This document shows, piece after piece, positions 26,378-36,951 of a stretch of DNA of 53,631 nucleotides. The notes under the pieces are model-generated. The model did not search any database, had not been told where the DNA came from, and saw nothing but the letters and a program-made list of their open reading frames with translations. How positions within the stretch are numbered: position 1 is the stretch's first letter; each line of letters begins with the position of its first letter. The translations under genes were made by a program, and so were the position numbers. The DNA comes from Nemertoderma westbladi (Eukaryota > Animalia > Xenacoelomorpha), in NCBI GenBank assembly GCA_032718475.1, contig JAUCBJ010002158.1, forward strand, positions 1 to 53,631. The letters are read 5' to 3'.

Positions 26378-27509
26378 GGGTAAATCTTTTCGACCTACGC
26401 GTAGGCCTACGCGTAGCTACGCGTAGTTCGCAACATTGTCATATATCACCAGTTTCAGAGTTTTAACAATAACTACGCGTAGGTCCTACGCGACCTACGC
26501 GTAGGTCCTACGCGACCTACGCGTAGGTCCTACGCGACCTACGCATAGGTGCTACTCATAACTATGCCTATACGTCGTTTATAATTAAGGCCTACGTATT
26601 CCAAGCGGTTCAGTACTAAAATAAGACAATACGGTAGTATGTTCAATAAACAACCCACAACCATCAAATGCTTTCAACAGTAATGTATCCTATACCTGTA
26701 TACTCTATATAGAGGAATACGCTAAGACTACATATTCTTCACTTTATGCGTTGCGGGCGGTAAAATGTGTTAATAATTAATGTTTAGAGTTCAAAAATAG
26801 TTTACAATAAGGAAATAGGCCGATGGTTCTTATCGATTCTCTATGCTTTTTATTGCCTTTGTTCACGATAAGGCAAGGATATACTGTATTTAATATGTTA
26901 ACCCCTTGACAAGGGAAGGGGGAGACTAAATTGTCTACCATGATTGGCTGCACTTGTTATTTGACCAAACAATTTGATTATATGCAGTATTTATCAACTT
27001 TCGCTTAACCTCTTCACCGGTAGACTGGTCGCTTTATTTACTACTGTTCAATATTTAAGTAATCCAATGGAAACAAAGATACTTGAATCATGAGACGTGA
27101 ATTTTAAGTTTACTTTTTATTCATCCTCTGTGTTTGTATGTGAAAGAGCCGAATATTATTTATTACCATGGTGCTGTATGTAGAGATATGAGTTTCCGAT
27201 TCTGTTATTACATTTGTCTGATAATCAGATACCTGACATATACCGATACTGCCTAACAACTCAACCCTACCGGACCTGAAATGAAAAATCATTGTTATCA
27301 GGACTGCTACGCGTAGCTACGCGTAGCACCTACGCGTAGTTTCAAAATAACTACGCGTAGTTTTAAAACACCTACGCGTAGTTGTTCAAAAGGCAGTAAG
27401 TCTGGCCCTACCGGTAAATTACAGGAATGGAAGTTACAAACTACGCGTAGCTACGCGTAGCTGCGCGTAGCTACGCGTAGGCCTACGCGTAGGTCGAAAA
27501 GATTTACCC
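26378..27509. mobile_element. Intact MITE with CTACGCGTAG subterminal palindromes (Mutator- or Merlin-like)
   Basis: TIR GGGTAAATCTTTTCGACCTACGCGTAGG. 9-bp TSD AAATTTTCG (26369-26377, 27510-27518). A truncated duplicate starts at 19662. Confidence 0.85.
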
Positions 27510-28412
27510 AAATTTTCGTGCTCGCTATACGTTCGCATCTTGATCACATCTACATTTAAAAACAGTCAGTTTGACGTTGACCTACTACTACAGTACTATC
27601 TGGGTAAATCTTTTCGACCTACGCGTAGGCCTACGCGTAGTTCGCAACATTGGGTCATATATATCACCAGTTTAAGAGTTTTAACATTAACTACGCGTAG
27701 GTGCTATGCGTAGCTACGCGTAGGTCCTACGCGACCTACGCGTAGGTGCTATGTATAACTACGCGTAGGTCCTACCCATACTGCCATAACTATGCCTATA
27801 CGTCGTTTATCATTAGTAGGCCTACGTATTCCAAGCGGTTCAGTACTAAAATAAGACCATACGGTAGGTTCAATAAACAACCCACAACCAAATGCTTTCA
27901 ACAGTAATGCATCCTATACCTGTATACTCTATATAGAGGAATACGCTAAGACTACATATTCTTCACTTCATGCGTTGCGGGTGCTAAAATATGTTACCGG
28001 TAATAATGTTTAGAGTTCAAAAATAGTTTACAAAGGAAATAGGCCGATGGTTCTTATCGATTCTCTATGCTTTATATTGCCTGTGTTCACGATAGGGCTG
28101 GCAAGGATATATTTAATATGTTAACCCCTTGACAGGGGGAGACTAAATTGTCTACCATGATTGGTTGCACTTGTTATTTCACCAAACAATTGAATTTTAT
28201 GCAGTATTTATCAGCTTTCGCTTAAACACTTCACTGGTAGATTGGTAGCTTACTACTGTAGAATATTTCAATAATCCAATGGAAACAAAGATACTTGAAT
28301 CATGAGACGTGAATTTTAAGTCTACTTTTTATTCATCCTGTGTTTGTATGTGAAAGAGTGAAAGAGCCGAATATTATTTATTTCCAGCAGTCCAGTGCTG
28401 TATGTAGAGATA

Positions 28413-29596
28413 TGTACGCGCTTTTGAAGACCTTTAGCAGTTTAACCTGCTAAAATTTATATGTCTTTTGGTTTATAAATAGACTTTTAGTAAATGACAA
28501 GCATCCAATACCAATAAACACAACATTAGCCGAAGCCAGCCTAGTGCGCGTCCATTCACCCGCTGGATATACCCGGGAGACTGGATTCGGATGGGGCTTA
28601 GATTTTATTATTGCAGTGAAGCCTACTGTATTATTCGATTGATCGTTAATAAATAATTTCTGACCAATATTATTCACTTTCGGGAAATATTAACAGTTCC
28701 TTTAGGACGTGGCGCTCTATCTAGGTAAACAGAGATATGACTTATACTAAACACAACGGTAAGGCTTATGTTTCACGTATAAGGCGCATTCTTTAGGAAA
28801 TGCTTTGTTATCAGCCACAATCATACACACTACCGGTACCGCACAATACTGCACACTTATCTGCTGACCGTCAATGAATTTGATCACACATAAAGAGAAC
28901 AGCAATTGACTCATGTAGTGCCTATCAAATAGCATTAGGTTCACTACAAACCACGATAACATAAGTCGCAATTGTTATATGTAACCTGTCTCTCTAACCT
29001 GTAGTGTATCAAGAAAATTGGGAAATTTTGGTTCTTTATAGATGTTCTCCAAATAATAATATTCAACCAACTGATACAAATAATAACAACAGTAAAAAGC
29101 ATTAAGACGGTAGGTTAAGATATGATATGATTGTTTGGTTAGTTGATAATTATGGCGATAACAGTTATACGTTCTATAATCTACGCCTACTAATGTTTTA
29201 CTAAAAGTCTGAAACACCGAGTCATTCCAAAAGCCGATGTTCTTGGCCTAGAAGGAACAACAACAACAGTAACACTGAAACAGTAAGAATGAACACGCCT
29301 AGCACGATCTGTAGAATATCTCCACATCGACAGTAAAAATCGCCCTGATTGGCTGTTATTCTAAACAAAGAACCATGTGTCCAATGGCCGTTTCCATGCC
29401 AGCAACCAGCTGTTAGATGTCGTAATCTGAATCATCAAGGCTACACTGTGCTAGAGTATTTGACGCATTGCGGGTTTTATGCCTTGCCATGTCCCCCAAA
29501 GCACACATATAGAAGAATGACTTTTATGTCCGTTAAAACACCTATAACGGTACTTTGCGGGCGAGGGGACTGATTATATCCGCAAAAGCTTTTACA
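28413..29596 (-). mobile_element. Solo LTR (1184 bp) of BEL/Pao family 2
   Basis: TGT...ACA ends, 5-bp TSD AGATA (28408-28412, 29597-29601), and an empty site at about 27171-27205. It is a diverged reverse complement of the LTR at 47856-49116. Confidence 0.9.
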
Positions 29597-29688
29597 AGAT
29601 ATGAGTTTCCGATTCTGTTATTCCTTGCCTGATAATCAGATACCTGACATATACCAATACTTGCCTAACAACTCAACCCTACCGGGCC

Positions 29689-31582
29689 TATTCGAAGAGA
29701 CAGCAACAATACCTGCAATATCTTACTGTAAAGTTTGTAAATCAAATCATAAATCCGACCTTCTCACCAAAACAGTAAACTCTAAGTAAGCGAATATATT
29801 GCAGTATCGATCTCTTATAACCGGTGAGGCAGAAAACAGTCTACGAGCAGACAAACTTCGATGAAACAAAATCCCGCGCAGCGAATCCTAAAATCAGGCT
29901 GACTCACTGACGGACTAAGGGGCTCGTACACTTTGCCGCGGTGTGATTTATATGGTTTGGGCGAAGAGACGCTAGCTAGGTACACAGGCAGAGATTTGGA
30001 GATGTCTAACTAGCGGGCAAAGCACAGTACGGACAAAAGTTAATTTTATATATTTTGAGGTGTAAATAATTTCTAACGCGCGTGTGTTAATTCTGAACGG
30101 TCAAAAACAGTTTTGCTCCTTCACATATATAATTACTGGGTACGGTGTGCATTTTACGAATATTCTAATTTTGTAACTTGTAGGTCCAATACTCACGAAT
30201 GATAAGGTTCCTTCCCCTCTTGCGTATTTCCAGGACTCAAATTCAGGCATAAAGTTAATGCTACGCCCAGAATTCGGCAATTTTAATTTACCAGGTCCCT
30301 GATACTAAGAAGAGATGTGTTAGTTTACTACTGTAGGCGTACAGTTACTAATAGCTATCCTGGCTCCTATCTAGAATTTTAGTCACCCAGGTAGTCCGGG
30401 TAACTTCCTATTAGGGCGTTGGCGGGGACACGGTAGATGTTAGTATCCCTAATAGCCTCAATTTATTTGCGCCTAGCTGTAAACTGCCCTACCGCCTGAA
30501 CGGTACAATCCCAATTCAGGTGAAAACACAGCAACCCCCCTAGCCTACAAGTTCTAATGCAATGGACACTGTCGTACTACAAATAGTCGCACACACACCT
30601 GCACTTAGCAAGAGTTAGGCGTACAGTTTGCTGCACCCTACCAATTTGTATGCTTCGTACCGGTGTGCCTACGTCCTATCTGCGTACTAGTATCTGCCTG
30701 CGCTCTCTCTCCCCCCGTAGGAATGTGAAGGTCTACTGTGGGTTTTCCTGAATCGAGACAGTACAGTCCCTAAGATGTAATTTTAGGCTCACAGCGTGTC
30801 ACTACTTCTACCTTTTGATCTTTTGGTCTTATACTTAGGTAGCAAGGCGTCGAACGCTGTCTAACCTTTCAGGCGATGGGCGAATAACTCAAGATGGTAT
30901 TGCGGGTTGTCTCTTGCCTACATTCCCGTGATGTTCCCGTTCATTGCTGCGGCCCGATCTCTAGCTGGCCATCCTGTCCCTTAGCTGGGTTCACCGTAGT
31001 GAATCATGGTAAAAGAAAAGCAGATAGCGGTATTTCTGAATTTATTGCAGATAATAATACAAAATGTAATCTGAATACTAATGACAGAATAAACAAATAT
31101 CAGATAACTCAGAGAGATAGATTATGGTATATAACTAATGAACAAATCGCACCTTTATATAGCAAATTTGTGCTGCAATCAATCGAGAAATTTCTCGATT
31201 GTTCTATAGGTTCTAACAAGGTTTTAAAGATAGCTATTGGTCCAGCTAATGTATAACTTGCACGACATTGGATACAATCTAATAACTGCAGTCTCATTGG
31301 TTAATCTAGGTACAAACGAATGCAATTTAATTTGTAGCGGTCAATTTAAATGAGTTGAAATTCTGCACAAAAAATAATTCGCACTTACTAGGATTCGAAC
31401 TCAATACCTACTACATATATAATTTCCAACGCTCTACCGACTGAGCTACTGAACCACTTGACCAATAGGCGTTCAAATGATAGAACAAATACGAATGAGA
31501 ACTCAAAGCAATCTTTACAAAGTTAATTCGAATAAAAATAAAATTTTGAAAATCCACGGCATTTAGGGAATATAATTCTATA
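29689..31582 (-). repeat. 3' LTR of family 1 (1894 bp)
   Basis: Direct repeat of 44595-46494. The differences I noticed are one 6-bp indel and one substitution. AATAAA on the minus strand at 30462-30467. Confidence 0.95.
31381..31455 (-). ncRNA. tRNA-derived Pol III (A box/B box) cassette in U3 of the 3' LTR; not a functional tRNA
   Basis: GGTTCAGTAGCTCAGTCGGTAGAGCG...GAGTTCGAATCC: intact D arm/A box and B box, followed by T6. The acceptor and anticodon stems do not pair. Confidence 0.65.
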
Positions 31583-31591
31583 CCGCTCCAT
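31583..31591 (-). other. Candidate short polypurine tract (PPT; ATGGAGCGG) abutting the 3' LTR
   Basis: Position is immediately upstream of the 3' LTR. The tract is purine-rich but short and interrupted. Confidence 0.45.
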
Positions 31592-32479
31592 GAAAACAGG
31601 ATATTATCGTGCATAAAATATACGGTTTTCACCAATAATCAATTAAACTATAGAATACTTAGGGCGTACTTACATATTTACAAATTAAATTTCAAATAAT
31701 ACTTCCTTTCTACGTAATGATTCGATACAAAAATAATTACAAATTCAAACTTTGCGTATTTAAGGTTTTACTAAGTAAGTACAATATAAATCTAAATTAA
31801 ATTCACCAATATAAATCTATTGCATCTCAATATTGCATAAATTCAAACAATTACAAATACAAATAAATGAAAACAATAAGAAAGGCTCGCGAGTTTTCCA
31901 TCTACTATTGCATCTCAAATATTGCATAAATTCAAGTAATTACAAATACTTTCGTACCTAAATGTAGATTGCATAAGTTTGGAATAATTACAAATATGAG
32001 TCTTTCTAAGCACAAAACTTTCTAACTATAAAACTTTCTAAATACAAAATATAACACTTTACAAATGAAACTATAAGAAAGGCCCACGAGTCTTCCATCT
32101 ACTCTTACTTTCTATTTCACTGTAAATACAAATACTGCTTATAAGATATAAATTGCATAATATTCGGAACAATATAAATTGCATAAGTTCGGAATAATTA
32201 CAAATATCAAATATAAATTCTTACTAAATATAAATCTTTACTAAATATAAATATAAACTGCATAAGTTTAGAATAATATAAACTCCTTTGCATCTCAAAT
32301 ATGAAACATAAATCTTTCAAATATAAGTTCCTTCTAAATATAAACTTTCTAAATTTCATAAATTTGGAACAATACAAATTGCTTAAGTTCGGAATAAACA
32401 CAAATATAAATATAAATTCAAATAAATCACAAATCATAAGAAAGGCTCACGAGTCTTCCGTCCACCCTTGCCCTCCCTT

Positions 32480-33964
32480 TTATCGCTTAGTAGATCGAGC
32501 CCTGCCGCGTCCTCGAAAACTGCGCACAGGTGACTTTGCTCGCGATATGGGACTTGTGGGGCGAGTCACTGGTTTCGTTTGGACGTTGAGAGACGGTGCG
32601 ACTATTTCCTCGCAAATTCGTCTATTTAGCATCCCAAAACCTCGACCGATTCCTCGTGACCGATCAGTTGTCACTACAGTTGGTAGAACGTCTGGGAACG
32701 CGCGAGAAGCGGACGACGCAGACCCAAGAGTAGCTTGCGCCCCCTGTTGATCAGCTGGTGTATGTCCCGATCCTCCTACTGGTTCTCTTGGAAGCGATAC
32801 CGTATCCCGAGTAACTCGAATGGTCGGCTCAACTCCCTTGCGTTCTTCTACATTAATAATTTTCTTTAATTGTTGGCCCACTTTCTGGACCCGTATGATC
32901 CTACCCTGTCCGTCCTCCCGAGGGTGACGTGCAGACGGCGCAACCGGAGTGGCTGGTATATTTGTCGCCTCTAGGACCTCTTCTTCCTCGAATACGCTCG
33001 CTCGTATACGTTTATGGTAAAACGCGGCTCGGTACGCCCATGCGACGGTTAACCAAGCTCCTTTATTCCGCTTTTCAGTTCGGAAACGATCGAATTCACC
33101 ATACGTAATGCGATTAACGACTTTCTGAAAATTCCACGTGTTTTTGTTATCCGGGTGAATCTGTAGTAGATACTCGCGCACCACTCGGAATCCACTGTCG
33201 TGGGGCAAAATATCGACTACCTCGATAAGTTCGTCATATTGGGGCATAGCGGAGATGTATCCTTCCGACATCATCGTCTGGGGATTTACCGCCCAAAATC
33301 CAAGATGCGCCCTCATCGGAAATCGTCTTCTTTGTGCCGATACATGTTCGTCGGCTAAATCTTCCCACTCATCAAATAATTTCCTCACGAGTTTTACAGA
33401 TTCGTGTTCATAAGGTATGTCTCTTAGTTGGCATTCAGATGCTCGATGTCCTTTTATATTGCAGTAAGTACATTGAGCCATAAATCTCCAGCAAGTATAA
33501 AAGGTATGAGACCCTTGATCCCCACACCATCCACAGATTAGCTGAGTCGTAGTAATGTGCTTTCCACTGCACTTTGTCATATGATGTCCAGCGACGCCAC
33601 ATTTACTACACATCGTATTGGCAGGGTACCACACTCGTTCGTATATAAGATCTCCAATCGGTCGAGCGATTCCTCCCACACTATAATCGTAATCATCTGG
33701 GTCTATGGGTTGGTAGGTTTCTGAAGGTTGTATACAAACTATAGCATCTGTTGCTTCAAGTTGTCGAATCTCCGTCTGAGATTTCTTCGGGAGGTTTCTT
33801 TCTATCTCAAGAAGTTCCTCTAAAGGATCGTCAGTGATCGTAGTAGTTACTTCGAAATCATCACCAAGGTGACCGATAGGCGCGCGCGTCTGCCGTGATT
33901 CATCCGTAATCTCCACGATACGTTCTCCTTCATAGGGTAACATAGTTGTTGATGGTTCGAACAC
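32480..33964 (-). CDS. Extra ORF (env position) encoding a triple CCHC zinc-knuckle protein with a basic R/S/G-rich C terminus
   Basis: 494 codons. Knuckles CSKCGVAGHHMTKC, CGWCGDQGSHTFYTC and CTYCNIKGHRASEC. No signal peptide or TM segment is visible. The true start is uncertain. Confidence 0.8.
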   Translation of the reverse strand: MFEPSTTMLPYEGERIVEITDESRQTRAPIGHLGDDFEVTTTITDDPLEELLEIERNLPKKSQTEIRQLEATDAIVCIQPSETYQPIDPDDYDYSVGGIARPIGDLIYERVWYPANTMCSKCGVAGHHMTKCSGKHITTTQLICGWCGDQGSHTFYTCWRFMAQCTYCNIKGHRASECQLRDIPYEHESVKLVRKLFDEWEDLADEHVSAQRRRFPMRAHLGFWAVNPQTMMSEGYISAMPQYDELIEVVDILPHDSGFRVVREYLLQIHPDNKNTWNFQKVVNRITYGEFDRFRTEKRNKGAWLTVAWAYRAAFYHKRIRASVFEEEEVLEATNIPATPVAPSARHPREDGQGRIIRVQKVGQQLKKIINVEERKGVEPTIRVTRDTVSLPREPVGGSGHTPADQQGAQATLGSASSASRAFPDVLPTVVTTDRSRGIGRGFGMLNRRICEEIVAPSLNVQTKPVTRPTSPISRAKSPVRSFRGRGRARSTKR

Positions 33965-34488
33965 CTCGCCAATATCGGTTCGGGATTTTCCTTATTCAAA
34001 CGCATCGGAATCGCATTTCGTTGTTCGCGCATACAAGAACCGCATTGATAATAAAGTTTATACACTGAAAATGCTTCCTTGGTTTCTCTATCATCCCCTC
34101 GAGTTTGTCTGTAAAGATGCATTCCATCGAATTCATCTCTTACCGCGGGCATAGGTTCGTGCGCCTTTAGTTATTGCATGGTATGATACAAACGACTAAT
34201 TTCAGTATCGGGGTCTTCGCTAATGTCTCCCGTATCACACAAAGCGTCGTACGGGTAAAGTTCGTTGAAGGTTTGGCGCAAACTTTCGATTCTTTCGTTT
34301 AATGCGTTTTGCCTTCTCTTTAATACATTTGAGTCATATTTAGTTCTCGCGAGTTTCGCTGTACTTTCTGATAATTCCTTTATACCGAATATAGTATAGT
34401 CCTTGGCTCCAAATCTTTCGAATGGCGCTGCTGCCTCCTCTTGGATATCATATCCCCATCTTGGCTCTCCTTGTATCCCTTTCTCCAT
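33847..34488 (-). CDS. Probable N-terminal part of the extra ORF (two same-frame ORFs separated by a single TAA)
   Basis: 34488-34171 ends in TAA, then CTA AAG GCG CAC GAA CCT ATG continues in frame into 34152-33847, which overlaps the 494-aa ORF in the -1 frame. Confidence 0.5.
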
Positions 34489-35148
34489 AATTAAGGGTGT
34501 AGTTACATAATCATTACTACTAGAGGGAATACAACAGAGTTTGTAGTTAGTTGTGAGGAGACGTGAGAGTTTCGTCTGCCCTTTGGGCTCGACAACGCTC
34601 TAACCTCCTACCCATAGCCTAAGATCTAGGGTTTCTTTAATGACACGCTGCTTCTTATCTAAAATTTTTTGCCGAAATAAAAACGAATTTGGGCTAAACT
34701 GGCTGTGAGTCTAAAATACTCACTTTTTGATCCCAAACTATTATCAGAAAATAAGCAGTCAAGAATTAGTAATAAATATAGGGGAGTCTATTTATTGACG
34801 TAACTTATTGAAACAAGACCGTGTAAAATTTAATTAAAATTTTTAAGAAAGGCTCGCAAGTCTTCCTCTCTTGTTTCTCTAATTTTAAGTTCCACCCGAC
34901 TGTACCCTGAAATCTATTCACTGGAGAAAATTTAAAAATTTTCAAATCCAAATGGATTGTCTAAAATTTCGAAAATGTCTCAATATTGTGAGTTCCAAGT
35001 AGAATTCCATTTCTTATACCTACAAATCCCGCTCCTATGTGACACATAAGGGTACTACCCTCAATGTTCACATATAAAGACAATGGAATTCTACCGCTGT
35101 CTTTACTACGGTGTACAGGTACGTGGAAATCTATTTGTAAACTCCTAA

Positions 35149-36951
35149 TTATTTACTAGTATTAGTTGGAGATTTGTAGTCTCCAGACTCGTTACGAGTC
35201 TCTTCAAGAAGTACGAGACGTTGAGTCGGTCTGTCTACTGTACGACCGTCAATTGTCCGTACCGTCACAGTTCTTGTCACTCCATCCATAGATGGATGTG
35301 TGGCTAAAATTACACCTGTTATCCAGAAGCGTCTTTTTAGATTCACTTCTGCTAACAGCACGTGATCTCCCGGCTTTAATGCGCGGGTGTTATTGTACCA
35401 GTTTGTTCTGGCAGAAATAGAGGGCAAATAATGGTTTTGCCATATTTCCCAGAACTTGTTAGCCAGTAGTTGCGTGATTTTCCACGCTTTTCTACCGTAG
35501 CTGTCGCTTTCTGTTGGAATTGAAATAGGCATTAATGTAGTCGGTGCCTGCATAAGCAGGTGTGCAGGTGTTAATGCAAATTGGGATTGTTTGTCATCGG
35601 GTACTAATACTATTGGTCTAGTATTTAGTATTGCCTCGATTTCAACAAACAATGTTGTCAGTTGGTTGTCTGTCAATATGTGGTTTACTGGAATGACCTT
35701 TGCCATGGCTGTCTTTATAGATCTAATCAGTCTCTCCCAGACTCCGCCTCTCCAAGGACTATCTGGAGGATTAAACTTCCAAACAATCTTGTGAGGTTGT
35801 AGTTCGTTCGAGATTTGATCATGATCTAATTTCTTAAAGGCTCTAGCAATCTCATTCCGAGCACCAACAAAGTTTGTCCCTTGGTCTGAGTACAAGCATT
35901 TTACTAGTCCGCGTCTAGCGATAAATCGCCGCAGTGCTAGTATAAACGCGTTGGTGGAAAGATCCATCACACGTTCAATATGAACTGCCCTACTGGACAT
36001 ACATGTGAAAATCAGTCCCCAGCGTTTTACTAGTATACGTCCACGTTTCGTATGTATGGGACCAAAGCAATCAATTCCAGTCTCTGTAAAAGGTGGTCTG
36101 AATGCTTGAAGTCGTGCTTGTGGAAGTTCACTCATTTCTTGGGTACCTATTCTAGAGTGTACCTTTTTACAAATAATACACGTACGTGTCACTGAACTTA
36201 ACGCTTTACTGGGTCTAATTAATACAAATCTTGTACGTAAGTAGGAAAGACAGTGGTGTCTTCCAGCGTGTTTCAGATGTAAATGTGCGTCCAGTATCAT
36301 TGCACGTTGTAGTTCGTGATGTTGCGGTATTATTATTGGGTATCTAAAGTTTGTGTTAAAGTCAATGTTTTGAAGCCGAGATTTATGACAAATTAAGCCA
36401 TTATAAATAATCGGACTCCAACTCAGTATTGGTGACGACTTGATTGGTTGACCTTGATTTATAGATGTGAATTCGCGCGCGAAATATCGCAGTTGGTAAT
36501 GGCGAATTAATTTAATCTCACACCTGTCAATCTCAGCCAATGTAAGTCGACGTGTAAAGTCACGTTTGCCTTTAACGTATTGTACGAAACGTACAATCCA
36601 TGCTAACTTTCGGCAAGCGTTTGACCAAGAGTCTGTTAAGTTTACAATCCGGTCGACGTGAGTATTTGTGACGTCATCAGGTAAGTCAATGGAGATTTTG
36701 GAAGGTTTTGAATTACTAGAAGGGCCCACGGGTCCGCCGGTAAGTATTCCCTTGTTGACTGTTGATCCGTCCGGGTCTACAAGTAATTTGTCCTTCTTCG
36801 TCTTCTTACCTTGATTGTCGGTACTTTGTAAGTCGATCGTTAATGGTGGTTTGAACTCTATGGGGTCAGCAGGTTTCGGTAAACTTAATTTTCTGCCGAC
36901 ATTAATCCCAGGTTTCACCATAGGTTGCAAGTTCGGTATGTCTCTTGAGCG
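35149..36951 (-). CDS. pol: BEL/Pao integrase portion of Pol (HHCC zinc finger, DDE core, DUF5641-like C terminus)
   Basis: HLHLKH...CIIC, GIDCFGP, SDQGTNFVGA, GGVWERLIRSIK, FWEIWQNHYL. The frame is open from the codon right after the TAG at 36952-36954. Confidence 0.92.
   Translation of the reverse strand, partial: RSRDIPNLQPMVKPGINVGRKLSLPKPADPIEFKPPLTIDLQSTDNQGKKTKKDKLLVDPDGSTVNKGILTGGPVGPSSNSKPSKISIDLPDDVTNTHVDRIVNLTDSWSNACRKLAWIVRFVQYVKGKRDFTRRLTLAEIDRCEIKLIRHYQLRYFAREFTSINQGQPIKSSPILSWSPIIYNGLICHKSRLQNIDFNTNFRYPIIIPQHHELQRAMILDAHLHLKHAGRHHCLSYLRTRFVLIRPSKALSSVTRTCIICKKVHSRIGTQEMSELPQARLQAFRPPFTETGIDCFGPIHTKRGRILVKRWGLIFTCMSSRAVHIERVMDLSTNAFILALRRFIARRGLVKCLYSDQGTNFVGARNEIARAFKKLDHDQISNELQPHKIVWKFNPPDSPWRGGVWERLIRSIKTAMAKVIPVNHILTDNQLTTLFVEIEAILNTRPIVLVPDDKQSQFALTPAHLLMQAPTTLMPISIPTESDSYGRKAWKITQLLANKFWEIWQNHYLPSISARTNWYNNTRALKPGDHVLLAEVNLKRRFWITGVILATHPSMDGVTRTVTVRTIDGRTVDRPTQRLVLLEETRNESGDYKSPTNTSK

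Larger units (their letters stand above)
15452..26910. repeat. Head-to-tail tandem duplication of an approximately 2.7-kb unit (copy A 15452-24234 with two later insertions; copy B 24235-26910)
   Basis: Both copies start GAACTAAGTCTTCTTCAAGC and end GTTAACCCCTTGAC. Spurious ORFs 15666-16037 and 24449-24820 are identical. Confidence 0.9.

Noticed and set aside
30894-31256. 120-aa ORF present in both family 1 LTRs (also 45806-46168)
   Set aside because: It is antisense and has no recognisable motif; its conservation merely reflects LTR identity.
31381-31455. Functional tRNA gene or element-encoded tRNA primer
   Set aside because: The acceptor and anticodon stems do not pair, and there is no complementarity to the PBS. 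Kept only as a Pol III cassette.
32480-33964. env gene
   Set aside because: No signal peptide, transmembrane anchor or glycoprotein-like cysteine pattern; the cysteines form CCHC knuckles.
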